In this document: one piece after another, positions 19,541-30,259 of the stretch
How positions within the stretch are numbered: the stretch's first letter is position 1
Layout: each line of letters begins with the position of its first letter
Translations under genes and position numbers: made by a program
The notes under the pieces: generated by a model
The model's database searches: none
Told to the model about the DNA's origin: nothing
Seen by the model: the letters and a program-made list of their open reading frames with translations, nothing else
DNA from: Pasteurella multocida
GTDB taxonomy: Bacteria > Pseudomonadota > Gammaproteobacteria > Enterobacterales > Pasteurellaceae
NCBI RefSeq assembly: GCF_900187275.1
Contig: NZ_LT906458.1
Coordinates: 330,001 to 362,000, forward strand
Length of the DNA stretch: 32,000 nt
Reading direction: 5' to 3'

Positions 19541-20864
19541 AGTCTTCAGAACTTGTCTTGTTCGGGTGTAATCCGACATAACCTCGTTGATGTAGAATAC
19601 TTTCTTTGGATTTTTTGATCATCGTTTCAATCGTAGAACCCTGTACTAGAATTGAGAAGGTGACTACCGCATAAGTCATTACCAGTAATAAATCTCGGAC
19701 ATCCATCCCAATATGCTCAAGATATAACATGCCTTTCGGAATCGATAATGCCATAGCAAGTGACAAACCACCACGTAGCCCACCCCATGTCAGAATACGT
19801 AGTGTATAAGGATTATACGAGCGAAAACGTTGCATCACTTTGAAAGGCATCCACACGCTGATATAGCGTCCGATTAAACAAATTGGAATCGCGAGTATCA
19901 ATAAAATAAAGCCTTGAGCACCGAAATCGACTAAAAGCAGTGCTAAGCCGATCAATAAGAACAGGAGGGAATTTAAGAAGTGATCAATCATTTCCCAAAA
20001 ATGATCAAGGTAGAGTTGGCTTTGTTTGGAAAACCCCGTGTGTCGTGTCCAGTTGCCGATTAAAATACCTGCTACGACCATGGCGAGAGCGCCAGAAACA
20101 TGCAACATATTCGCGAGCATAAAACCAGCGGTAGGAATCGTCAGAGTCAATAGAATTTCCAAACTTCCATCGTCTGTGGATGAAATCAATAAATGTGCTA
20201 CGAAGCCAATCACGAGACCAAACAAAATTCCGCCCACGGCTTCTTGTAAGAATAATTCCGTAATGCCCGCTAATGTTGGGGCGTGCCCGCCAAACGCGAC
20301 AGCAAAAATCGTGGTAAAAATTACTAAACCAACCCCGTCATTAAACAAGGACTCGCCTTCGACTTGCATGGAAAGGCGTTTTGGTGCTTTTAAATTTTTA
20401 ATAATTGCCAGTACCGCGATAGGGTCTGTTGGCGAAATTAAAGCGCCAAATAAAATGCAATAGATCAGGTCAATTGGTAGACCAATGAGATAAGCAACAC
20501 CGTAAAGCAAGACGCCGATAATAAAGGTAGAGGCAAGTGTGGAAAAGAGCGCAAACACCGTGATTTCCCATTTTTGGTTTTTTAAAACGGGTAATTTTAT
20601 ACCTAATGCACCGGCAAATAATAAGAAACCGAGGATACCATTGAGCAGAAAACTTTTGAAATCGAGTTGTTCCATGACTTGTGTGGCAATGATATCTAAT
20701 TTAAACCAAGAAAGGTGACCGAAAATGAGGAAGAGAACAGAAACGATAATGGAGGTGGCGGTGATGGCGATGGTGTATTGGATTTTATCGCTGAGTTTCC
20801 GGGTGACAAACCCAATAAAAATGGAGATCGCGGATAAAAAACAAATATAGGTATAAATATTCAT
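19539..20864 (-). CDS. Cation:proton antiporter, CPA1/NhaP-like
   Basis: 441 aa with about 12-13 hydrophobic segments. Has SPTDP and ESLFNDG motifs typical of Na+/H+ exchanger family proteins. Confidence 0.8.
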   Translation of the reverse strand: MNIYTYICFLSAISIFIGFVTRKLSDKIQYTIAITATSIIVSVLFLIFGHLSWFKLDIIATQVMEQLDFKSFLLNGILGFLLFAGALGIKLPVLKNQKWEITVFALFSTLASTFIIGVLLYGVAYLIGLPIDLIYCILFGALISPTDPIAVLAIIKNLKAPKRLSMQVEGESLFNDGVGLVIFTTIFAVAFGGHAPTLAGITELFLQEAVGGILFGLVIGFVAHLLISSTDDGSLEILLTLTIPTAGFMLANMLHVSGALAMVVAGILIGNWTRHTGFSKQSQLYLDHFWEMIDHFLNSLLFLLIGLALLLVDFGAQGFILLILAIPICLIGRYISVWMPFKVMQRFRSYNPYTLRILTWGGLRGGLSLAMALSIPKGMLYLEHIGMDVRDLLLVMTYAVVTFSILVQGSTIETMIKKSKESILHQRGYVGLHPNKTSSED

Positions 20865-20881
20865 AGGTTGCTTTCCAGAGA

Positions 20882-20919
20882 GTAAAAGAAAAAAGGCTGA
20901 TTTTTCGTGAAAATCAGCC
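20882..20919 (-). terminator. Strong rho-independent terminator downstream of the RidA-family gene
   Basis: Minus strand reads ggctgatttt-cacga-aaaatcagcc (10-bp stem) followed by TTTTTTCTTTT. Confidence 0.7.
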
Positions 20920-20989
20920 CGCTAAGTATAAGACAAAATAGGTGCATTTAGAATGGAAAATTGTTTTGTGACATGACTGCGTTTAAAAA

Positions 20990-21343
20990 TTACGCGGCAG
21001 CCGTGAGTACGATCTCTACTTTCCAGTCTGGGTGTGCCAGTCTTGCTTCGACAGTGGCACGTGTTGGTGGATTTTCTTTATCGACCCATTCATCCCACGC
21101 TTTATTCATTTCGTCATAATAATCCATATCGGCAAGATAAATCTGAGCATGAATAATTTGTGCTTTTTTTGAGCCGGCTTCTGATAAAAGTTGATCAATT
21201 AAACCTAACACCTCTTTGGTTTGCTCGTAAGCGGTTTCCGTGGTAGTTTTTTCAGGTACTTGTCCAGCTAAATGGATAATCCCATTATAAATGGCAATTT
21301 CAGATAAACGACCGTTTGAGTGAAAGCGATGCACTTTTCCCAT
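20990..21343 (-). CDS. RidA/YjgF/UK114-family protein, YoaB-like
   Basis: 117 aa. The pattern ...IYNG.IHLAGQVP...QT..VL..ID..L...GS.K..I....I.L.D......MN.AWD.WV......R..V.A.L..P...VEI matches recalled E. coli YoaB. Confidence 0.85.
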   Translation of the reverse strand: MGKVHRFHSNGRLSEIAIYNGIIHLAGQVPEKTTTETAYEQTKEVLGLIDQLLSEAGSKKAQIIHAQIYLADMDYYDEMNKAWDEWVDKENPPTRATVEARLAHPDWKVEIVLTAAA

Positions 21344-21444
21344 CTTTTTGTCCTCTTATTCATGACATAACAAATAAAGATTATATCTATTTTGTATCAA
21401 ACTCGTTAAAATTAAGCAACTTAATTTTGGCATGGTTCTTAATA

Positions 21445-22161
21445 ATGAAGTTACTTATTTCTAATCAACATGGTGCCATCGTGATGGCATTATTGCCATT
21501 CTTATATGGTCTGTTTTCCTCTCAGCCTGTTTGGCAACATCTCTTTTTATTTTTCGCCTGGGCGGCACTTTATCTCATGACATACCCGTTCTTAAATTTG
21601 TTTAAAGGGCGCAATATGGCAATGAATATAAAATGGAGCTTGATTTACGGCGGAACAAGTTTGCTGTTTGCTTTACCGGCACTGTATTATAACTGGCACA
21701 TTTTATATTTTTTACTGGCTATGCTGCCTTTGGTTGCGGTCAATATTTATTATGTGAAGCAGAAAAATGAACGTGCGTTGTTAAATGACTTTGCGGGCAT
21801 CGCTATTTTTGCGCTTGCTGGAATGGTCTCGTATTATTTTGCGGAACGTGCATTTGATCGGCAAATTTGGCTCGTTGCACTTTATCCAAGCTTATTTTTT
21901 ATCGCCACTACACTTTATGTGAAGTCGGTATTACGTGAACGGAAAAATCCATTTTATTTAAAAGCGTCTATTATTTTTCATTTTCTTTGTGTTGTGATAT
22001 TTTTACCTTTCCAACAATATGGGCTCGCATTAGCTTATTTCCCCGCACTGCTCCGTGCGATTTGGCTACCTCGAATGAAACTGAGTGTGAAACAAGTGGG
22101 GTTAGCGGAAATGGTTGTGTCATTGCTCTTTTTTGTTTTACTCTTGCTTGCGACGTTATAA
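21445..22161 (+). CDS. Polytopic membrane protein, YwiC-like family (function unknown)
   Basis: About 8 hydrophobic segments. The N-terminal QHGAIVMALLPFLYG resembles the YwiC-like EHGAW.M...PFL.G motif. I chose the Met at 21445, because the ORF-track extension overlaps the RidA-family gene on the opposite strand. Confidence 0.6.
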   Translation: MKLLISNQHGAIVMALLPFLYGLFSSQPVWQHLFLFFAWAALYLMTYPFLNLFKGRNMAMNIKWSLIYGGTSLLFALPALYYNWHILYFLLAMLPLVAVNIYYVKQKNERALLNDFAGIAIFALAGMVSYYFAERAFDRQIWLVALYPSLFFIATTLYVKSVLRERKNPFYLKASIIFHFLCVVIFLPFQQYGLALAYFPALLRAIWLPRMKLSVKQVGLAEMVVSLLFFVLLLLATL

Positions 22162-22170
22162 GGTATTGGT

Positions 22171-22899
22171 ATGAAGAAAACGATTCTGTTCATATTCAGT
22201 GTGTTTTTATCCGGTGTGGTGCACGCACAGTCTGCACCGGTTTCTCCTGAACTGTCAGCTGTCTTGCCACAGACAGCACCAACTGCAACGGGAGCAGAGC
22301 AGCACATTTCGGCACTGAATGCATCTGAACTGAGTGATGAAGCTCGTCGCGAATTAATTCGCGAGGCAGCCGATAAAAAAGAGTGGACACGGGCGTTTGA
22401 GCTGATTTTACCACTTGCTTTAAAAGGGGATTACCAGGCACAAGCTAATCTTGGTATTTTGTATGCACGTGGTCAAGGTGTTCCACAAGATTTCGAAAAA
22501 GCCTATTGGTGGTTTAGCGAAGCAGCCGAAAAGGGTAGCATTAAAGCCATCAATAATTTGGCCGTTTTTTACTTACAAGGTCATGGTGTCAAGCAAGATA
22601 TTCGCCACAGCATTACGTTATTTGAAAAAACTGCCAATTCAGGATCATTGGATGCGATGCTGGTGCTAGGGCAAATCTATGAAAACGAATTAAATCAAAT
22701 GACCCAAGCTTTCAAATGGTATAAAAAAGCGGCAGAAGCGGGTAATCACGATGCACAATTTCGTTTAGCGGTGATGTATGAGAATGGTGAAGGAACCAAG
22801 AAAAATAAAAAACAAGCTGTTTATTGGTATCAGAAGGTGTCTGTTCAGCAAAATGAATTAGCGGCATTAGCCCAAGAGCGTTTATCTCGCCTACAATAA
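22171..22899 (+). CDS. Secreted Sel1-like repeat (SLR/TPR-like) protein
   Basis: Signal peptide MKKTILFIFSVFLSGVVHA|QS, then about 4-5 SLR units (A..NLG..Y..G.GV.QD...A..W...AA..G). Confidence 0.85.
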   Translation: MKKTILFIFSVFLSGVVHAQSAPVSPELSAVLPQTAPTATGAEQHISALNASELSDEARRELIREAADKKEWTRAFELILPLALKGDYQAQANLGILYARGQGVPQDFEKAYWWFSEAAEKGSIKAINNLAVFYLQGHGVKQDIRHSITLFEKTANSGSLDAMLVLGQIYENELNQMTQAFKWYKKAAEAGNHDAQFRLAVMYENGEGTKKNKKQAVYWYQKVSVQQNELAALAQERLSRLQ

Positions 22900-22902
22900 T
22901 TA

Positions 22903-22930
22903 AGAGGGATGTGACCATCCCTCTTTTTTT
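22903..22930. terminator. Terminator between the convergent Sel1-repeat gene and parC
   Basis: agagggatg(22903-22911)/catccctct(22916-22924) form a 9-bp stem, followed by T6 at 22925-22930 abutting the parC stop. Confidence 0.7.
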
Positions 22931-25183
22931 CTACTCACTGTCTGGTGTGAGCAATTCAATATCTGCATGACTGTGCAAACCACGTGGTAATTGCGTGCCT
23001 TTGCGTCCACGCTCTGCACTGAATTTCTGCCAATCTTCAGGCTTTAACGTGATCTTCCGTTTGCCAGCATGGAAAACGAGGCTGGTTTGTTCGTTAATTA
23101 AAAATAACCGAACTAATAGCTCCGTTCGTGCCTTCGCATGTGCGGCAGGAATCGTCACAATTTTATTGCCTTTCCCCTTCGCTAAAGAAGGCAAATCTTT
23201 CACTGGGAAAATCAACATTCTGCCTGCCGAGGTTAAGGCAACCAAACGGGCATTTTCATTATCTATTCGCAGAGGGGTTAAGACTTTGGCATTCTCAGGT
23301 AATGAAATCAGGGCTTTACCGGCTTTATTCCGCGCAATCAGATCATCAAATTGACAAATAAATCCATAGCCAGCATCAGATGCCATCAGGAGTGCTTGCT
23401 TGTCTTGTTCCATTAACACATGCTCAACACTAGCACCTGCAGGCAAGCTGAGTTTGCCTGTGAGCGGTTCGCCTTGTGAGCGAGCAGAAGGTAAACTTAA
23501 CGGATCTAAAGCGTAACTTCGTCCTGTGCTGTCGATAAACACGGCGGCTTGATTACTCTTACCATAAGCATGGGATAAGTATTTGTCACCGGCTTTATAG
23601 CTGAGATTTTGCACATCGATATCATGCCCTTTGGCACAACGTACCCAACCCATTTCAGACAGAATAACAGTGACAGGCTCAGCAGGCGTCATGTCGCTTT
23701 CGGAGATTGCTTTGGCTTCTGCGCGTTGGACTAATGGTGACAAACGCGGACTCGCATAAGTTTGAGCGTCTTGCTGAATTTCTTTTTTGATTAGCGTATT
23801 TAAACGGCGTTCAGACCCTAAGATTAGCTGTAAACTGTCACGTTCTTCTTCTAAACGATCTTTTTCCGCTTGTAATTCATTTTCTTCTAATTTGGCTAAG
23901 TGGCGTAAGCGTAAATTCAAAATTGCTTCTGCTTGTGTTTCACTTAATCCGAAACGATCGATTAACGCGGCTTTAGGCTCATCTTCATGACGAATAACGT
24001 GGATTACTTCGTCAATATTCAGATAAGCAATCAGTAAACCTTGTAAAATATGCAGACGATCTAATACTTTATTGAGACGATATTGCAAACGACGCGTTAC
24101 AGTAGTACGACGGAACTGTAGCCATTCCGTCAGAATTTGCACCAGATTTTTCACCGCAGGTTTATTATCTAAACCAATCATGTTCATGTTGACACGATAA
24201 CTTTTTTCAAGATCGGTAGTAGCAAATAAGTGTGCCATTAAAGCATCCACATCCACACGGTTAGAACGGGGTATCAACACAATCCGAATTGGGTTTTCGT
24301 GATCCGCCTCATCGCGAATATCTTCAACCATCGGCAATTTTTTAGCACTCATTTGCTCGGCAATTTGTGCAATGACTTTTGATGGTGAGGCTTGATGTGG
24401 TAGAGCAGTAATAATGATTTCGCCGTCTTCTTTTTTCCACACTGCGCGCATTCTTACCGATCCACGACCTTGTTCATAGAGTTTACGAATATCCTCTTTC
24501 GATGAGATGATTTCCGCTTCTGTTGGGTAGTCTGGACCTTGTACCACAGTTAACAGATCATCCAAGCTCGCTTTTGGGTTATCAATTAGCATCACAGCGG
24601 CTTCAGCAAGCTCATTGATATTATGGGGTGGAATATCGGTCGCCATACCCACAGCAATACCGGTTGTACCATTCAATAAAATATGCGGCAGTCGAGATGG
24701 TAAATATTGGGGTTCTTCTAATGTGCCATCAAAATTCGGTTGATAGTCCACTGTCCCTTGCCCTAACTCAGATAATAAAATATCAGCAATTTTAGCGAGC
24801 CGCGATTCAGTATAACGCATCGCAGCAAAGGATTTCGGATCATCAGGTGCGCCCCAGTTACCTTGTCCATCCACTAATGGGTAACGATAAGAAAAGGGTT
24901 GTGCCATCAAGACCATGGCTTCATAACAAGCTGAATCACCATGTGGGTGAAATTTACCGAGCACATCACCGACAGTCCGCGCCGATTTTTTATATTTTGC
25001 CGCAGCATTTAAGCCAAGTTCAGACATGGCATAAATAATACGACGTTGTACCGGTTTTAAGCCGTCGCCAATAAAAGGCAATGCGCGATCCATAATGACG
25101 TACATGGAGTAGTTGAGATAGGCTTTTTCAGTAAACTCGCGTAATGGGGTTTGTTCAATGCCTTCGTAGTTGATTATATTCAT
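22931..25183 (-). CDS. parC: DNA topoisomerase IV subunit A
   Basis: 750 aa with [11 protein letters not shown], the quinolone-resistance-determining region (QRDR) [13 protein letters not shown], and catalytic AAMRYTE. Paired with parE upstream. Confidence 0.97.
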   Translation of the reverse strand: MNIINYEGIEQTPLREFTEKAYLNYSMYVIMDRALPFIGDGLKPVQRRIIYAMSELGLNAAAKYKKSARTVGDVLGKFHPHGDSACYEAMVLMAQPFSYRYPLVDGQGNWGAPDDPKSFAAMRYTESRLAKIADILLSELGQGTVDYQPNFDGTLEEPQYLPSRLPHILLNGTTGIAVGMATDIPPHNINELAEAAVMLIDNPKASLDDLLTVVQGPDYPTEAEIISSKEDIRKLYEQGRGSVRMRAVWKKEDGEIIITALPHQASPSKVIAQIAEQMSAKKLPMVEDIRDEADHENPIRIVLIPRSNRVDVDALMAHLFATTDLEKSYRVNMNMIGLDNKPAVKNLVQILTEWLQFRRTTVTRRLQYRLNKVLDRLHILQGLLIAYLNIDEVIHVIRHEDEPKAALIDRFGLSETQAEAILNLRLRHLAKLEENELQAEKDRLEEERDSLQLILGSERRLNTLIKKEIQQDAQTYASPRLSPLVQRAEAKAISESDMTPAEPVTVILSEMGWVRCAKGHDIDVQNLSYKAGDKYLSHAYGKSNQAAVFIDSTGRSYALDPLSLPSARSQGEPLTGKLSLPAGASVEHVLMEQDKQALLMASDAGYGFICQFDDLIARNKAGKALISLPENAKVLTPLRIDNENARLVALTSAGRMLIFPVKDLPSLAKGKGNKIVTIPAAHAKARTELLVRLFLINEQTSLVFHAGKRKITLKPEDWQKFSAERGRKGTQLPRGLHSHADIELLTPDSE

Positions 25184-25249
25184 AATGATGTTTTATTTTT
25201 ACTTTTAAATCAGATTTTACTAATAGCGGAGAAACTTTTTAAAAAAAGC

Positions 25250-25258
25250 ACCGCACTT
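25250..25258 (-). repeat. Uptake signal sequence core (ACCGCACTT on the plus strand)
   Basis: Exact 9-mer in the parE-parC spacer, flanked by an A/T run. Confidence 0.8.
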
Positions 25259-25449
25259 TTATTGTTCTATATCTTTATCAAATCGCCTTGTAAGTTGCCT
25301 AAACGGAACGATAATTTTTAGGAAAATAACCTTGCGAAATAGCGCGGAGACAAGGTAGTTTCCGTTAAAAAATGTTCTTGATATCAGGAAGCCACTTAAT
25401 CGGTGTGTGGCTACTTTATTTGCATAAGAAAAGCAAGTCGCCATCATCT

Positions 25450-27366
<1,917 letters not shown>

Positions 27367-27468
27367 TTATTTTTTGTGTCAAAAGTTCCAACGAGTGTAG
27401 CAAAAAATGTGTATTTTTGCACTATACTCAAGGGGGCAATCATTCATTTTAGAATCGATTGAAAACGA

Positions 27469-27496
27469 TTGCGCATTCTAATTCCTACGCTATAAT
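27469..27496 (+). promoter_or_regulatory. Candidate sigma70 promoter of nspC
   Basis: TTGCGC (27469-27474), 16-nt spacer, perfect TATAAT (27491-27496), 55 nt upstream of the ATG. Confidence 0.4.
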
Positions 27497-27550
27497 ACGG
27501 CGCTTTGACAAAGATTGAGATGACGTAACGAACGAAAGAGGTAACTGAAA

Positions 27551-28666
27551 ATGACCACATTACAAACACCTTATTATCTGATTGATAAAAGCAAGTTATT
27601 ACGCAACATGGAAAAAATTGCCTATTTACGTGAAAAATCGGGGGCAAAAGCATTGTTGGCGCTAAAATGTTTTGCAACTTGGGGGGTGTTTGATTTTATG
27701 CGTCAATACATGGATGGCACGACCTCTTCCTCACTTTATGAAGTTAAATTAGGTCGCGAGAAGTTTGGTGGCGAAACCCATGCGTATAGCGTGGCATATT
27801 CGCCTGAAGAAATTGGCGAAGTGGTGGCAAACGCAGATAAAATTATTTTTAACTCCATTAGTCAATTACAGCGTTTTTGTGATCACACCACGCATTTACC
27901 ACGTGGTTTACGTGTAAATCCGCGAGTCAGTACATCGAGTTTTTTATTAGCTGATCCTGCGCGTCCACACAGTCGTTTAGGGGAGTGGGATGTCGCCAAA
28001 ATCCGTGATGTGATGCCATTAATCAATGGGTTTATGTTTCATAATAACTGTGAAAATGAAGATTTTGGTAAGTTTTGTGAGATGTTAGATCGCATTGAAC
28101 AGGAATTTGGTGAATTATTGCATCAGGTCGATTGGGTCAGTCTCGGCGGTGGTATTCACTTTACGGGTGAAAACTATCCTTTAGAGGCATTTGCAGAACG
28201 GTTAAAACAATTTTCTGCAAAATTTGGCGTGCAAGTGTATTTAGAACCCGGTGAAGCCTCGATTACTTTAAGTACAAGTTTAGAAGTCACTGTCTTAGAT
28301 ATTCTCAATAATGGTAAAGAATTGGCGATTGTGGATGCCGCAACAGAAGCACACATGTTAGATCTTTTAATTTATCGTTCTGAAGCTAAATTATTACCAG
28401 ATGCGTTTCAAGGTAAAGGTGACTATCAATATATGGTTTGTGGTAAATCTTGCTTAGCGGGTGATATTTTTGGCGAATACCGCTTTGAGAAACCATTACA
28501 AATTGGTGATCGTATCTCATTTTGTGATGCGGCTGGTTATACTATGGTGAAGAAAAATTGGTTTAATGGCGTGAATATGCCTGCCATTGCGATTAAAGAG
28601 CTCGATGGGCGTATTCGCGTTGTGAAAACATTTGGCTATCAAGATTATGTTGAGAGTTTGTCTTAA
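27551..28666 (+). CDS. nspC: Carboxynorspermidine/carboxyspermidine decarboxylase
   Basis: 371 aa. Start MTTLQTPYYLID and ALKCF (PLP-lysine region), with the layout of a group IV decarboxylase of NspC length. Adjacent to a CANSDH-type gene. Confidence 0.88.
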   Translation: MTTLQTPYYLIDKSKLLRNMEKIAYLREKSGAKALLALKCFATWGVFDFMRQYMDGTTSSSLYEVKLGREKFGGETHAYSVAYSPEEIGEVVANADKIIFNSISQLQRFCDHTTHLPRGLRVNPRVSTSSFLLADPARPHSRLGEWDVAKIRDVMPLINGFMFHNNCENEDFGKFCEMLDRIEQEFGELLHQVDWVSLGGGIHFTGENYPLEAFAERLKQFSAKFGVQVYLEPGEASITLSTSLEVTVLDILNNGKELAIVDAATEAHMLDLLIYRSEAKLLPDAFQGKGDYQYMVCGKSCLAGDIFGEYRFEKPLQIGDRISFCDAAGYTMVKKNWFNGVNMPAIAIKELDGRIRVVKTFGYQDYVESLS

Positions 28667-28865
28667 GCAAGAAAAGTGCGGGACGTTTTATCAAAATATT
28701 GAAATGACATTAGGTTGTCATGCCGTTTTTTTGTCTTATTATGCCATATGATAGGGCAAACACCTTGCCTGATATTGACTTTTTAGGTTTTCAAAATGTA
28801 TCAGGTTTTTATTAACGCCTATGCCGATCCTTTAGCAAGCTCGGCACCTGGGAGGAAAATGCTAA

Positions 28866-30104
28866 ATGAAAAAAAATGTTTTGGTTATTGGTGCTGGTGG
28901 TGTATCACAAGTTGTGGTACATAAATGCGCACAACACAATGATGTGCTCGGTAAAATCTCAATTGCGTCACGTAAAATTGAGAAGTGTCGAGCGATTGCG
29001 GACTCGGTAGCAGAAAAGGGGAATTTTAAAGTACCCGCAACGATAGATTGTTTTGAAATCGATGTCTTTGATATTGAGGCCACAAAAGCGTTAATTCAAA
29101 AAACAGAATCACAAATCGTGATTAACGTCGGTCCATCATTTGTGAATATGTCAGTGTTACAAGCTTGTATCGAAACTGGAGCAGCCTATATTGATACGGC
29201 AATGCACGAAGATCCAAGTAAAGTGTGTGAAACGCCACCTTGGTATGCTAACTATGAATGGAAACGTCGTGAGTTATGTAAACAAAATAACATCACTGCC
29301 ATTTTAAGTGCGGGCTTTGATCCAGGTGTTGTCAATGCGTATGCCGCTTATGCCGTCAATGATGAATTTGATAGCGTAGAAAGTATCGATATTATTGATA
29401 TTAATGCAGGCAGTCATGGTCGCTACTTTGCCACCAACTTTGATCCAGAAGTGAATTTCCGTGAGTTTACCGGTACCGTATGGAGTTGGCAAAATAGCCA
29501 ATGGGTGTCAAATAAGATGTTTGAAATCAAACGTACAGATGATTTACCTATTGTGGGCATGCAAAACTCTTATTTAACGGGACATGAAGAATTACATTCT
29601 TTATCCACCCACCTAAATGTACCGAATATTCGTTTCTGGATGGGATTTGGTGATCATTACATTAATGTGTTTAATGTCTTGAAAAACTTAGGTCTTTTAT
29701 CTGTGCATCCGGTCAAAACTGCTGAGGGTGTTGAAGTCATTCCTATTAAAGTGGTCAAAGCGGTGTTACCTGATCCAGCATCACTCGCGCCAAATTACAC
29801 CGGCAAAACCTGTATTGGTAACTTGGTAAAAGGTAAAAAAGACGGGAAAGACAAAGAAATCTTTATTTATAATGTGGCAGATCATAAAGAAGCCTATGAA
29901 GAAGTGGGGAGCCAAGGCATTTCTTATACCGCCGGTGTACCAGCGGTTGCTGCGGCATTGTTGATCGCGACAGGGGAATGGGATGTGGGTGAAATGCGTA
30001 ATGTGGAACAGCTCGATCCAAAACCATTCTTGAATTTATTAAATAAAATCGGCTTACCAAACCGCATTAAAGATGAACATGGCGATCGTGAATTAGCCTT
30101 TTAA
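28866..30104 (+). CDS. Carboxynorspermidine synthase/dehydrogenase (saccharopine-dehydrogenase family)
   Basis: 412 aa with the N-terminal Rossmann motif VLVIGAGGV and the HKCAQHNDVLG..IASR pattern seen in vibrio CANSDH. GGAGG RBS at 28851-28855. Confidence 0.88.
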   Translation: MKKNVLVIGAGGVSQVVVHKCAQHNDVLGKISIASRKIEKCRAIADSVAEKGNFKVPATIDCFEIDVFDIEATKALIQKTESQIVINVGPSFVNMSVLQACIETGAAYIDTAMHEDPSKVCETPPWYANYEWKRRELCKQNNITAILSAGFDPGVVNAYAAYAVNDEFDSVESIDIIDINAGSHGRYFATNFDPEVNFREFTGTVWSWQNSQWVSNKMFEIKRTDDLPIVGMQNSYLTGHEELHSLSTHLNVPNIRFWMGFGDHYINVFNVLKNLGLLSVHPVKTAEGVEVIPIKVVKAVLPDPASLAPNYTGKTCIGNLVKGKKDGKDKEIFIYNVADHKEAYEEVGSQGISYTAGVPAVAAALLIATGEWDVGEMRNVEQLDPKPFLNLLNKIGLPNRIKDEHGDRELAF

Positions 30105-30128
30105 TTCCTCGCGTCAGTAAACAGAGAA

Positions 30129-30166
30129 AGCACGAACTGAGTAATCAGACGCGTGCTTTTTTGTTT
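30129..30166 (+). terminator. Rho-independent terminator after the CANSDH gene
   Basis: agcacg(30129-30134)/cgtgct(30152-30157) with an inner ctga/tcag stem, followed by TTTTTTGTTTT. Confidence 0.65.
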
Positions 30167-30210
30167 TCATAGAGAAAAGATAAACGGTGCTTTCTTTAAT
30201 CAAATTGCCT

Positions 30211-30219
30211 TGTTACAAT
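30211..30219 (+). promoter_or_regulatory. Candidate extended -10 promoter element
   Basis: TGtTACAAT lies 41 nt upstream of ATG 30260 and downstream of the preceding terminator. Confidence 0.35.
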
Positions 30220-30259
30220 GAAAAAATCGTTTTGGTAAAAAAGCTTAGGAATCAAATTG

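Noticed and set aside
27444-27677. 77-aa minus-strand ORF spanning the nspC promoter and start
   Set aside because: It overlaps the nspC 5' end in antisense, has a hydrophobic low-complexity product, has no RBS, and would run through the predicted nspC promoter.
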